64,000 nt of DNA from Malacoraja senta (taxonomy: Eukaryota): positions 24,120,001 through 24,184,000 of the forward strand of contig CM075988.1 in the NCBI GenBank assembly GCA_038087875.1, written 5' to 3'. A model generated the notes under the pieces. It saw nothing but the letters and a program-made list of their open reading frames with translations. It was not told where the DNA came from and did no database searches. The position numbers and the translations under genes are program-made. Of the stretch, positions 1-12,400 are shown piece by piece (position 1 is the stretch's first letter; every line of letters starts with the position of its first letter).

Positions 1-275
1 AGAAAGGAACTGCAGATGGACACAAAATGGGAGACCCTTCTTCAGACTGAAATCTCCTCAAGGAACTGCCGATGCTGGTTCACACCAAAGATAGACACAA
101 AATGCTGGAGTAACTCAGCGGGACAGGCAGCGTCTCTGGAGAGAAGGAATGGGAGACCCTTCTTCAGACATCTCCAGAGATGCTGCTTGCCCCGCTGAGT
201 TACTCCAGCACGTTGTGTCATTTGTGAAACCTGCATCTGCAGTTCCTTGTATCACCATGATATAGCGTTTAAGAA

Positions 276-441
276 AGAACTGCAGATGCTGGAAAAATCA
301 AAGGTAGGCAAAAATGCTGGAGAAACTCAGCGGGTGAGGCAGCATCTATGGAGCGAAGGGTCTCGACCCGAAACGTCACCTATTCCTTCGCTCCATAGAT
401 GCTGCTTCACCCGCTTAGTTTCTCCAGCATTTTTGTCTGCC
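276..441. repeat. Fold-back (self-inverted) Penelope 3'-repeat
   Basis: Arms at about 305-359 and 386-441 are reverse complements; the loop is the partial motif GGGTCTCGACCCGAAACGTC. Confidence 0.8.
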
Positions 442-935
442 ATGAAATAGCAGTCGCCAGTGAAAGTGGTTCGACCCCTGCACAGCAAAGCTGTATTTCT
501 AGTGAGTGCGATGAGAGAGTTTTGGTCAATTAACCTGATTGAGTTTGGTTAGTAAGGTTACCGTTTATCGTGCAATGACTTTAGTGGATACTTTCTAATG
601 GAACTACAAAACTTTAGCTGCTCACAGGCTGTGCTGGATGGTTACAGCGTCCATAGCACTTGAGTATAATCAAATGGATTGGTGCCTCTGTAAAGCCTCC
701 ATTAACAGTGCCCAGTGTGTCTCCTTTAAACTATGTCTAATGTGATTTAAAAAAATAATTGAAAAAGCACAACTCCATTAAGCATGGCTCAGTAGTGTGG
801 GATCCAGCAGAGCTAACTGATGCATCAACACGAGCTGGAGTTGTAATGTCCCATTGCCTTCAGCAACATGTTAACACCACAGTGTGACACGCTGTGTAAC
901 GCAGCCACTTCTCTGCTAGACTTTTGCACTAGCTG

Positions 936-1387
936 GGCGGCAGAGTGGCGCAGCGGTAGAGTTGCTGCCTCACAGCGCCAGAGACCCGGGTTCGATCCTG
1001 ACCACGGGTGCTGTCTGTGCAGAGTTTGTGCGCTCTCCCCGTGACCTGCAGAAATAGTCTACTGAGCTTACAGTGCGGCACGGTGGCGCAGCGGTAGAGT
1101 TGCTGCCTCACAGCGCCAGAGACCCGGGTTCGACCCTGACTACCGGTGCTGTCTGTGCGGAGTTTGCACGTTCTCCCCGTGACCGGCGTGGGTTTTCTCC
1201 GAGATCTTCGGTTTCTTCCCACACTCCAAAGACGTACAGGTTTGTAGGGTTAATCTGCTTGACATAAGTGTAAATTGTGCCGTGTGTGTGTGTGTGTGTA
1301 GGATAGTGTAAATGTGTCGGGATCGCTGGTCAGTGAGGACCCGGTGGGCCGAAGGGCCCGTTTGCACGCTGTATCTCTAAACTAAAC
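936..1387 (+). mobile_element. tRNA-derived SINE (HE1/V-SINE-like): a head-only copy (936-1048) followed by a full copy (1073-1387)
   Basis: A box TGGCGCAGCGG, B box GGTTCGA(T/C)CC, core GGGTTTTCTCC...CCCACACTCCAAAGACGT, (CTAAA)n tail. Confidence 0.85.
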
Positions 1388-1911
1388 GTTCAACATTATT
1401 AACATTCACTCTGTTGACGTTGACTGATGGTGATCTGGGAGCAGGGTAGGTCCAGAAGGTCTCCTGGTGTGAAACGGTTGCTGGTTTAGAATTGTGATAG
1501 ATGCCTTTTCTCATTCCCATTCTAAAGGTTTCCAGTGCACCTGCAAATCTAGCCAACTTTTTAAACGCAAAGTCTCTTTCTCTGACTCACCTCAAGGCTC
1601 ATCCCTGCCGTCTGCAGGCGCTGGGAGTGAGGGGCTTTGTCCAATCTCATCAGCAGCAAGCCAACGCCCAGGGTTCAGACGTTCTCGGAGCAGAATTAGG
1701 CCATTCGGCCCATCAGGTTTACTCCGCCATTCAATCATGGCTGATCTTGCTCTCCCTCTCAACTCCATTCCCCTGCCTTCTCCCCACAACCCCTGACACT
1801 AATCAATAATCTATCTATCTCTGCCTTAAAAATATCTACTGACTTGGCCTCCACAGCCTTCTGAGGCAATAAATTCCACAGATTCACCACCCTGACTAAA
1901 GACATTCCTCC

Positions 1912-2288
1912 TTGAAACATATAAGATTGTTAAGGGCTTGGACACGCTAGAGGCAGGAAACATGTTCCCGATGTTGGGGGAGTCCAGAACCAGGGGCCAC
2001 ACAGTTTAAGAATAAGGGGTAAGCCATTTAGAACGGAGACGAGGAAACACTATTTCTCACAGAGAGTGGTGATTCTGTGGAATTCTCTGCCTCAGTGGAG
2101 AAGGGTTACCTGGATGCTTTCAAGAGAGAGCTAGATTGGGCTCTTAAAAATAGCGGATATGGGGAGAAGGCAGGAACGGGGTACTGATTGGGGATGATCA
2201 GCCATGATCACATCGAATGGCGGTGCTGGCTCGAAGGGCCGAAGGGCTGAAGGGCCTACTCCTGCACCTATTGTCTATTGTCTATTGC
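1912..2288 (+). mobile_element. Young CR1 3' fragment nested in an opposite-strand CR1 (about 1687-2395)
   Basis: Near-identical to the copies at 3623, 17419, 18594 and 41417; (ATTGTCT)n tail. Confidence 0.85.
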
Positions 2289-3622
2289 CCTCATCTCCTT
2301 CTTAAAGGAACGTCCTTTTATTCGGAGGTTATGGCCTCTGGTCCTAGACTGACCCACCAGTGGAAACATCCTCTCCGTGTCCAGCCTGTCCAAGCGTGGT
2401 CAGGATGGAGACTACTTTGGCTGAGCAGCTCGGTTCAGGAGAGCCTCACGCAGGCAACCTTGCACCATCTGGAGCGGGATGGTGGGAATTCAGACTGACT
2501 AATAAAGGAGAACAGTGGGGAGCATGCAGTCACTCGACGTTGATGAGCGGAAAGTTTTACTGACTGGAAGCGATTGCTGTAAAGAGCGAGGATCGCTGTG
2601 CGGATAAAGCAGCTGGGGGTGTGAGGGAGGAGAGATCACGGGGAGCCCGCTCTACTCCGCGCCCGTTCCATTGCAATTTGGTGTTCGCAGTGGAAAGAGT
2701 GCAAGCTCGGGCGTCCTGGGGTTTATTACAGCAGCGTCAGGAGCCGTTACATTGCTGGCTGCTCGCTGCAAAATCCTGGGCTGACTTCTCCTGCAAACAG
2801 ATGGAGGGAGTTGACGCCAGTCTCCACTTGAGTTCCCAGCTCCAGGCACCAGCCATCCATCCCTGGCAGCGGGCCACCATGTGAAGGACTCAAATACCCC
2901 CTGGGGCTGGCCTGCCTTTTACTGATTGCCAGGAGAAAAGTGGACCGTTGGAGATATGAGAGTGAGTGAGATAGCAGCGACAGTGGTCACTGCTGAAGGC
3001 CGAATTCCCAATTTTCAATGATGGACACAAAATGCTGGAGTAACTCAGCGGGACAGGCAGCGTCTCTGGAGAGAAGGAATGGGTTGAGACCATTCTTCAC
3101 CCGATTCCTTCCCCGTCTGAGGAAGGGTGAATAACATGATGTTGTAGTGGGAGAGAAGAGGAATACGGTGGGAATTAGGAGAGGCATGCTGTGGACAAAG
3201 GGGAAAAGGTAGTTAGAGGCAAATCCCGGATATTGGGAGAGAGACATCGGTAGGGGGAATAGTGTGAAGATTGGGATGGGAATACTGTGGGATGTACAAG
3301 ATGGATAGTTAAGGGTTTGGGAGAGGGATACCATGGTCCTCAGAAGCGGGATACAATAGATGGGAGAACATTATATGGTGGGAACTTGGAGACAGATACT
3401 GTAGGGAATGGGAGGGGAATACTTGTACGGTTTGGGAGGATGACATTGTGGGAGAATGGGATTGGAAGGGTGATGTTGTGAGGACGGGAATGCCTTGGGC
3501 ATTTTGAAAGAGGGTGGAGATTGGGAGAAGGTTCATGTGGGATTAGGAGCATGATAGTGAGGATGACTAAAGACAGACACAAAAAGCTGGAGTAACTCAG
3601 CGGGACAGGCAGCATCTCTGGA

Positions 3623-3996
3623 CAAAAGACAATATACAATAGACAATAGGTGCAGGAGTAGGCCATTCGGCCCTTCGAGCCAGCACCACCATTCAATGTG
3701 ATCATGGCTGATCATCCCCAATCAGTACCCCGTTCCTGCCTTCTCCCCATATCCCCTGACTCCGCTATTTTTAAGAGCCCTATCTAGCTCTCTCTTGAAA
3801 GCATCCAGAGAACCTGCCTCCACCGCCCTCTCAGGCAGAGAATTCCACAGACTCACAACTCTCTGTGAGAAAAAGTGTTTCCTCGTCTCCGCTCTAAATG
3901 GCTTACTCCTTATTCTTAAACTGTGGCCCCTGGTTCTGGACTCCCCCAACATCGGGAACATGTTTCCTGCCTCTAGCGTGTCCAAGCCCTTAACAA
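3623..3996 (-). mobile_element. Young CR1 3' fragment inserted in a Penelope repeat
   Basis: TRGHSLRI...FFSQRVVSLWNSLP; the host repeat resumes at TGGAGAGAAGG. Confidence 0.88.
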
Positions 3997-4014
3997 TGGA
4001 GAGAAGGAATGGGT

Positions 4015-4042
4015 GACGTTTCGGGTCGAGACCCTTCTTCAG
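4015..4042 (-). ncRNA. Minimal hammerhead motif, sense to the nectin1 pre-mRNA
   Basis: Reverse complement reads CTGAAGA-A-GGGT(CTCG)ACCC-GAAA-C-GTC. Confidence 0.6.
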
Positions 4043-5198
4043 ACTCTGTGGCTTTGTTAAGCCAATACCCCCCCAACTCTAACTGGAAGAGACAATATTG
4101 ATGGACTTCAACTTATATGGTAACACCAGCTGGCAAGCGTTGACCGTAAGGAATGCATTATCCACCTGGCTTTGGTGGACAGGAGACTTCAGTAACAGGA
4201 TCATACGCACATGAACTGTGCTGGCCGAGCGAATGAAATGGTTTCCTCGGTAAGAGACTGAATAATATGAAGTATTTTTTATCAGTCACCCCCCGCAGTT
4301 TAACGTGTGGTATAAAGTTTTCAGTAATATTCGACACCAGCTACCCTAATAGAAAATATTAGATACAGCTGCCATTTTATTACCAGCATCTTGGAGTATA
4401 AGCAGCTGAGGAATGCAGCACATGTGTATCCAGTCTCTTGTTAAAAGGCAGGGAAATTGTCCAAACTTCAGAGCCAAAAATGGAGTTGGGGCCAGGCAAC
4501 GGGGCTGGCTGGGGCTGGGGCTGCAGAATCAGCCTGCACTCTAGTTCACATCATGGATGGTACAGGTGGAATGGGAGCTGAGACCAGCCAGCCTGGTTGA
4601 CCGCAGTTCCGACTGGGCTTTGCCTTGACCTGATTGAACATCAGAGAAACATGGAAAATAGGAGCAGGAATCGGCCATTAAGCCAGTTCTAACCCTCAAT
4701 ATGATAAGTTCTTGTTATAGGAGCAGAATTAGGCCACTCGGCCCATCAAGTCTGCTCTGCCTTCAATCATGGCTGATGTATCTTTCCCTCTTAACCCCAG
4801 TCTCCTGCCTTCTCTCCATAACCCCTGATACCCGTATTAATCAAGAATCTGTCAATCTCCGCCTTAAAAATATCCATTGACTTGGCCTCCACAGCCGTCT
4901 GTGGCAATGAGTTCCACAGATTCACCACCCTCTGACTAAAAAAATTCCTCGTCATCTCCTTTCTAAAGTTACGTCCTTTTATTCTGAGGCTGTGCCCTCT
5001 TGTCCTGGAGTCTCCTGCTAGTGGAAACATCCTCTCCTCATTGGCTAGGCTTGAAATATTACATTCAGTTCCTTCAACAAAAATATTGGTACATTTTGTG
5101 AATGGCTGGGGTCCACACACGGACCTCTGTATATTTCATCCCCAGTCAAGTCCTGCCGAGCCAAAGAAGATCAGTTTATTCCTAATCTTAGTGCTCGA

Positions 5199-5614
5199 GG
5201 CCCTGTCCCACTTATGTGTCCTTGGCACGCAAATTACGCGACCTCGTGGTCGCGTTGAGGCGCACGGGCATCGTGTGGCCGAGCGGGGCCGGTCCCACTG
5301 AGAAGCGCGGAGGGGTATGTAGTTGTGCGCGACATCGCGCGGGGCTCCGAAATCTTTGTAGTGAACTAAATCTTCGCGCGCAGTCTGCAAAGAAGGGTCT
5401 TGACCCGAAACGTCACCCATTGCTTCTCTCCAGAGATGCTGCCGGTCCCGCTGAGTTACTCCAGCTTTGTGTCCATCTTCAAATGACGTCACGCGCTCCA
5501 GACGGCTGTGCGTACGCATGTAATCGCGCCCGACCTTCGCGGGACCGTCGCGGCTCAATGCAACCACGAGGTCGCGTAATTTGCATGCCAAGGACACGTA
5601 AGTGGGACAGGCCC
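5199..5614. mobile_element. Harbinger-type MITE with about 60-bp imperfect TIRs, interrupted by a Penelope repeat (about 5383-5480)
   Basis: Left GGCCCTGTCCCACTTATGTGTCCTTGGCACGCAAATTACGCGACCTCGTGG; the right end is its reverse complement. No clear TSD. Confidence 0.75.
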
Positions 5615-5859
5615 TCCAGTAGGCCAGGCAGCATCTGTCGAGGAAGGTAGGCAAATGATCTTTCGATTCGGGACCCTTCTTTGGACTGATCAATCCAAAG
5701 AATGATCCCGACCCGAAACGTTGCCAGTCCATCTCCTCTCACAGATGCCGACTGGCTGACTGAGCAGTTTGTCAGTAGCTCAGGAGCCCAACATCTGCAG
5801 TCCCCTTGCATCTCCCACTCCTAATCTTTATCTTCTGCCTGTCAGCCAGTCCATGCACA

Positions 5860-7220
5860 ATCCCGCCTGGTTTAATTTCAAACTCTGTGCTACTTTTTAA
5901 TAGACTTTCTGGAAATCCAAAGGCATTGCATCAACCAATTTCCCTGTATCTATTATAGGTTATGCATGTTCAACAAGATTCAATAGGTATGTCAAACAAG
6001 ATTTCCCTTTCATAAATCCATGCTGATTTTGTCTAATCCCATTGATATTTTCCAAGCGCTCCCTTATCACAGATTTTATAATGGACTCTAACATTTCCCT
6101 TCTGCAGATGCCAGGCTGACTGGTCTGTCCTTCCCTGTTTCGCTCTCTATTTCTCTCTTTTAAGTAGCAGGATGACTATTTAACCCCTTCTCATAGTCAT
6201 AAAGTGATACAGCATGGAAACAGGCCCTCCGGCCCAACTTGCCCACACCGGCCAACATGTCCCAGCTACACTAGTCCCACCTGCCTGCGCTTGATCCATA
6301 TCCCTCCAAACCTGTCCTATCCATGTACCTGTCTAACTGTTGCCTCAACTACCTCCTCTGGCAGCTCGTTCCAAGCACCCACCACCCTTAGTGTGAAAAA
6401 GTTACCCCTCAGATTCCTATTAAATCTTTTCCCCATCACCTTGAACCTTTGTCCTCTGGTCCTCGATTCCCCTACTCTGGGCACGAGATTCTGTGCATCT
6501 ACCCGATCTATTCCTCTCATGATTTTATACACCTCTACTAGATCACCCCTCATCCTCCTGCCCTCCCAGCCCACTCAACCTCTGGTTCGCAGAAACGGTC
6601 CCATTATCTCTCAGAGTTTGGAGGATGACAACCAATGCAAACACTATTTCCATGACTACTTCTTGTAGCAATCTGCAATGCAGATTATTAAATTCCAGTG
6701 ATTCATTGGCTTTCAGACCCATTAATTCCTCCAGCAGTATTTTATTCCCACTGAGACTAATTTCCCCTTAATTTCTCCATTTCATTAGACTCTTGGTTTC
6801 CCTAGCATTTCTGAGAAGTTATTTGTGACTTCTTCCATGAAGGCATCACCAGAGTATTTGCGTAATTACTCTGTTATTGCTTCATTCCCCATTATAAATT
6901 CTCCTGCTTCTGTCTGCAAGGGGTCCACGCTTGTCTCTACTGATCTTTTTTTCTTATTACATATGTGTGGCACTTTTCCATTTGCTTTAATGTGTTTTTA
7001 CTCTTTATTGTCGCCCTCCTAAGCTCTAGGTCATTCTTCGCTGCATACTAATACTTAAGTATTACATTTTCTTGGACAATTTATACAGTATTCCTTTTCC
7101 TGGGATTAAATCTGATCTTAAACCTCTTCTGTTAGCCATGCGTGGGTTACTTTCCATGTTTTTGTTCAGAAAGGGAAGGACGACTATTGCAGATTCTACA
7201 TTTAATTCCTCGGAGTTAGC
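5860..7220 (-). pseudogene. Old degraded CR1-clade LINE ORF2 fragment, split by a younger CR1 3' end (about 6195-6560)
   Basis: The minus strand encodes QHGFMKGKSCLT (about 5990-6025) and a decayed LDFQK motif (about 5905-5925); multiple stops. Confidence 0.75.
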
Positions 7221-7386
7221 CCGCCTATTGTGCCGCCATGCATGAAATGTCGGACTAGAGGGCGTAGCTCTCAGGTGAGAGGGGCAAAGTTTAAAGGAGC
7301 TGTGCGGGGCAAGTTTGCCACCGTTATAATTATAATAATGTATACAAATTATTTAAGAAGCCAATTTAAAGGAGCAGAAGGCAAAT

Positions 7387-7535
7387 GGGCTGTGAGATTG
7401 CAACCTTCACGTGGTCCGCCCCTGTTTCGACGAATGCAATCAACCCGGCGTGCACAATCAAATAAGATCCAATAGAACAAGTTGTCCGACAACTTTAGGC
7501 TGTGCACGCCACACACAAGAAGAAGCAGAAGAAGA
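7387..7535 (+). mobile_element. Short retroposon fragment with a (GAA)n tail
   Basis: 11-bp direct repeat AGAAGGCAAAT at 7376-7386 and 7536-7546. Confidence 0.55.
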
Positions 7536-8389
7536 AGAAGGCAAATATTGCACCGTGTGTATCCGTTTTCACGAATTTGTGGTTCTGCTTTAAATTGGAC
7601 GATCTTTGGCTCTCGTTTTGAAGGGAACAGCTCTGTGTGAAGTTTGGCAACCAGAGCCCTGGCATTTCCAGGGAATGATCGAGGCAGGGGGAGGGAGTTT
7701 GAACGGGGAGACAGATACTGCCAAAGCACCTTCTGTCAAGGACTCTGCGATGACCATGAATCAGTCCAAGTCCAAAGTACAAAGCTGTGGACATTTCATT
7801 CCACTTGTACACAAAGCGGATTTGGAAAACAGACAACCAAACGCGGGACTCTGAAGGCCTCTGTCGCTTGGAATGTTAATGGCAGTCCACCCCCAGTTAT
7901 TGCTGCTGTTGCCAGCAGAACCTTCTTGTTATGTGTGATGTTAACTAATAATATCATGTAACACATTCCTTTCATGTTGATAAGTTAAATGGTTGAGAAC
8001 AATGTTGCAAACCACTCTCATTGAAACAGATGCTTCCCAGGGTTTGTCGAAAGAAACACACGCACTTTACAGAAATATTGACGCACAAGTCTCCCCTATT
8101 CTCTTCTCTCTTTCTCCCGTTCTATCCCCAAGAAAAATAAGACCTTCATTGTTCTGTTTTGGGACATTTGAATCGTGAACTGCAGGTGCTGGAATCTTGA
8201 GCAAAAAGCAAAGTACTGGAGGAACTCAGCGGGTCAGGCAGCATCTGTGGAGGGAATGGACAGATCAGGTTTGAGGTCCCTCCAGCACTTTGACTTTTTG
8301 CTTTCGTGATGATGGTGGGGAGATAACGGTGTAGGAAGGAACTGCAGATGCTGATTTAAACTGAAGATAGACACAAAGAGCTGGAGTAA

Positions 8390-9565
8390 CGGGCCTGTCC
8401 CACAAACGCAACTTTTCAGCGACTGCCTTCGACCTTCAAGCTCGAGGGCACTCGCCTGAAAAACCTCGAGCTGGATCGGCCGTCAGCGATGAAACCGCGA
8501 GCCGGATCGACCGACCGCACACACACGCGCACGCACACACACGCACGCACACACATCGCAAAGGCGAGGGCCAGGGAAACATAGAAACATAGAAAATAGG
8601 TGCAGGAGGAGGCCATTCGGCCCTTCGAGCCAGCACCGCGGGGGAGCGCTGTCTGAAATTCACACCCGTGATGAACAGGAAGGTAAAATATGGCTGGCAC
8701 AGTGTCCTTTAGAGAGGGGGGGGGCGGAGAGAAGGGGAGAGAAGGGGAGAGAAGGGGAGAAGGGGGGAGAAGGGGAGAGAAGGGGAGAGAAGAGGGGAGA
8801 AGGGGAGAGAAGGGGAGAGAAGGGGAGAGAAGGGGAGAGAAGAGGGGAGAAGGGGAGAGAAGGGGAGAGAAGAGGGGAGAAGGGAAGAGAAGGGGGGGAG
8901 AAGGGGAGAGAAGAGGGGAGAGAAGAGGGGAGAAGGGGGGGAGAAGGGGAGAGAAGAGGGGAGAAGGGGAGAGAAGAGGGGAGAAGGGGGAGAGAAGGGG
9001 GGAGAAGGGGGGGAGAAGGGGAGAGAAGGGGAGAGAAGGGGAGAGAAGAGGGGAGAAGGGGGAGTAGGGGGGAGAAGGGGAGAGAAGAGGGAGAGAAGAG
9101 GGGAGAAGGGGGGAGAAGGGGAGAGAAGAGGGGAGAAGGGGGGGAGAAGGAGTGGAGACACTTTTAAGAAGCCAGACAACTTTTAATAAAGTTTAGTGGG
9201 CATATAACATTACCGGTCGGTTTACTTACCTTTTTTTTCTCAACGAGCTATAACCTTCGACTACCTTTGATTGCCTTTGATTACCTACGATAGCATTACG
9301 ACCTGCTACAACCTACCTCGACTAAACCTACAAGTAAAATAATATCAATTTATTTCCATGGCGACCTTTTTTTACTCAGCGGGACAGCTTGCTAAAAAAA
9401 ATCGGCGCGACCTAGCTGAGGCCTCGAGTACCCGGGGACTACTCTCGAGCATGAAGGAGAGTTACAAAGACCTCCTAGGACCTCGTGTCGACCATGCTGC
9501 GAGTACGAGTCGAGGGCAAACTCTTCTAAACTCGCCAATTAGGTCGCCGTAGTGGGACAGGCCTT
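8390..9565. mobile_element. Harbinger-type non-autonomous element with an internal purine-rich satellite and a CR1 tail fragment
   Basis: TAA(8387-8389)-CGGGCCTGTCCCAC...GTGGGACAGGCCTT-TAA(9566-9568). Removing it restores CTGGAG-TAA-CTCAGC of the Penelope repeat. Confidence 0.85.
8711..9158 (+). repeat. Polypurine minisatellite (GGGGAGAAGA-type units)
   Basis: About 450 bp almost entirely A/G. Confidence 0.95.
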
Positions 9566-10084
9566 TAACTCAGCAACTCTGGAGTAATCATTGCTGACCA
9601 TCCCAGATGGAGGGGGGGGGGGGACGACGACAATCGGTCCCAGGAGAATCAGACCACGTGGTGTTGGAGTCTGCCTGAAGTTTGAAGAAGGGTCTCGACC
9701 CGCAATGTCACCTATTCCTTTTCTCCAGAGTTGCTGCCTGACCCGCTGAGTTACACCAGCATTTAGTTTCTACCTTTGGTTGAGGGGTAACCATCGTCCT
9801 GGTACACAGACAGAGTTCTCAGTTTTAATTCCTGTGGATCCATCTTAAGAAAAAGACAGCTTAGGAAACAACATCTCTCCCTGAGGCTGGAATCGCAAAA
9901 TGCCCCAAAGTGCTTTATAGCTATCGAAGTGCATTGAAATGCACTGTTGGGAATCTCAGCAGACAATTTATAGACGGCCAAGTTATTACAAAACAGCAAT
10001 GAGGTAAATGGTTTCGTGGCACTGCTTTACAGCTCAGTATTAGCTGGGAGATGAGCGGAACTTCTCTGCTTCTCTTTGCTGCTG

Positions 10085-10538
10085 AAAGACTACAAAAGGT
10101 AGTAAACACTGCCCAGTCCATCATCGGCTCTGACCTCCCTTCCATCGAGGGGATCTATCGTAGTCGCTGCCTCAAAAAGGCTGGCAGTATCATCAAGGAC
10201 CCACACCATCCTGGCCACACACTCATCTCCCTACTACCTTCAGGTAGAAGGTACAGGAGCCTGAAGACTGCAACGACCAGGTTCAGGAATAGCTACTTCC
10301 CACAGCCATCAGGCTATTAAACTTGGCTCGGACAAAACACTGAACATTAATAGCCCATTATCTGTTTATTTGCACTTTATCAGTTTATTTATTCATGTGT
10401 GTATATATATTTATATAATGGTATATGGACACACTGATCTGTTCTGTAGTCAATGCCTACTATGTTCTGTTGTGCTGAAGCAAAGCAAGAATTTCATTGT
10501 CCTATCAGGGACACATGACAATAAACTCTCTTGACTTG
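10085..10538 (+). mobile_element. Rex1/Babar-type LINE 3' end
   Basis: LQKVVNTAQSIIG...IIKDPHHPGH...LLPSGRRYRSLKTATTRFRNSYFPQ, then a 3' UTR ending GACAATAAAC-TCTCTTGACTTGA. Confidence 0.75.
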
Positions 10539-11596
10539 AAGCAGGGTTTTTGTTTGGTGAGGGGCGGATAGAGCCTTGGTTAAGTGCACCTTGGTAGCTC
10601 AGAAGGTGCAGCCCTCTCTCACAGCTCCGCTGGGAATGTGCAGCTTGGGTAGACTGGATCGTGAACTGGATCTTCTGACTCGGATCCAAGTCATTTATCC
10701 ATCTGAGGTTGACACCGTCAGCGTCAGTTTACAAGATCCCTGTTTACACAAGAACGCATGAAGAAAGGAGCTGCCTCGGCCACTGGGTGCCTCCAGGCTG
10801 CCCCACCATTCAATCTGAGCGTGGCTGATCTACGCTTCACTCTCCCCTGACTCTCAGTCTGAAGAAGGGTCTCGACCCGATACGTGCACCATTCCTGCTC
10901 TCCAGAGATGCTGCCTGTCCCACTGAGTTACTCCAGCACTTTGTGTCGACCCACAATATTTATCTATTTCTATTCTAGCTTTAAACTTTTGAGGCAGGTA
11001 TCTCTAAGCAGATAGGGTGAACTTTAAGGAGGGACGTACTTATAAAGATGAAATATGCCCAGAGATTCCACACTGCTCTGAAGCTTTAGGTGTAGGGCAA
11101 CACAGTGGTGCCGCGGTAGAGACCCGTGTTCGATCCTGACTACGGGTGCTGTCTGTGTGGTGTTTGAACGTTTTCCCTGGGACCCCGTGGGTTTTCTCCA
11201 GGTGCTCCGGTTTCCGCCCACACTCCAAAGACGTGCAGGTTTGTCGGTTAATTGGCTTCGGTAAAATTGTAAATTGTCCCCAGTGTGTGTGGGATAGTGT
11301 TGGTGTGCGGGGATCGCTGGTTGGCGCGGACTCGGTGGGCCGAAGCGTCTGTTTCCGCGCCGTATCTCTGAACTAAACCAAAACTAATTGCAAAACGCTG
11401 AAATAAACAGCGGGGTCTATCTGAATTTCTAGGCTATGTTTTCCAGTTGATGTTTACAATCATTGTGTGGAACGGTGGGATGGGCTGGGAGGGAGAATGG
11501 AGAAGAGGCAGACACACAAAATCTCCCTGCGTTTGTCTGCGGCATCAAAGGCTGGGAACTTTGGTCTGTAAGCAACCTTGGGGCACTTTAACAAAA

Positions 11597-12102
11597 GTCA
11601 AGTCAAGTCAAGAGAGTTGTCATGTGTCCCAGATAGGACAATGAAATTCTTGCTTGCTACAGCACAACAGAACATTGTAGGCATAAATACAGAACAGATC
11701 AGTGTGTCTATATACCATAGACCATATATATATATACATAAATGAACAGATAAAGTGCAATAGAGGTAGACATAAATGCTGGAGAAACTCAGCGGAGGGT
11801 GAGGCAGCATCTATGGAGCGAAGGAAATAGGCAACGTTTCGACCCGAAACGTTGCCTATTTCCTTCGCTCCATAGAAGCTGCCTCACCCGCTGAGTTTCT
11901 CCAGCATTTTTGTGTCTACCTTCGATTTTCCAGCATCTGCAGTTCCTTCTTAAACAAAATAGATAAAGTGCAATAGGCTGTTTTAGTTCAGAGTTTGTTT
12001 GATGTCGTGTTTAATAGCCTGATGGCCGTGTGGAAGAATCTCTTCCTGAACCTGGATGTACCAGATTTCAGGCTCCTGTACCTTCTACCCGATGGCAATG
12101 GA
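11597..12102 (-). mobile_element. Rex1/Babar-type LINE 3' end (second copy, interrupted)
   Basis: PLPSGRRYRSLKSGTSRFR; 3' UTR similar to 10370-10538; (CTTGA)n tail. Confidence 0.75.
11764..11960. mobile_element. Fold-back Penelope 3'-repeat inserted in a Rex1-type LINE tail
   Basis: Near-perfect palindrome with arms of about 75 bp centred on CGTTTCG-ACC-CGAAACG. Flanked by the 16-bp direct repeat AGATAAAGTGCAATAG (11748-11763, 11961-11976). Confidence 0.85.
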
Positions 12103-12400
12103 GAAAAGCAGGGTGATGAAAAGCAGGGTGATGATAAATAAACTAGGCGTTTACACTCACAATGAGGAGCAGCGTGTACAGGGCAAAACATCACATGAGC
12201 AGAGGATGAATTGGGAAAACAAATGGCAATTGAAGATGTCCGTGTTTAGCTAGTGTTCAACTTGAGCAGCGAAGCTTATGCTCTCATTACCACCACTTCA
12301 TTTTCCAGTTGATTTATGTATTCCTAGTTATTTCATATTCCTCCGGCATTTTTGCTTACTAACATAATCCCCCAGAACTGGCTGAACATCTATCCCCCCA

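Noticed and set aside
936..1000. tRNA genes at A-box/B-box sequences
   Set aside because: These are SINE heads followed by the SINE core and tail; no complete cloverleaf.
5136..5732. 198-aa ORF with a partial paralog near 14327-14816
   Set aside because: Chance frame across a GC-rich MITE and a Penelope repeat; no transposase motifs.
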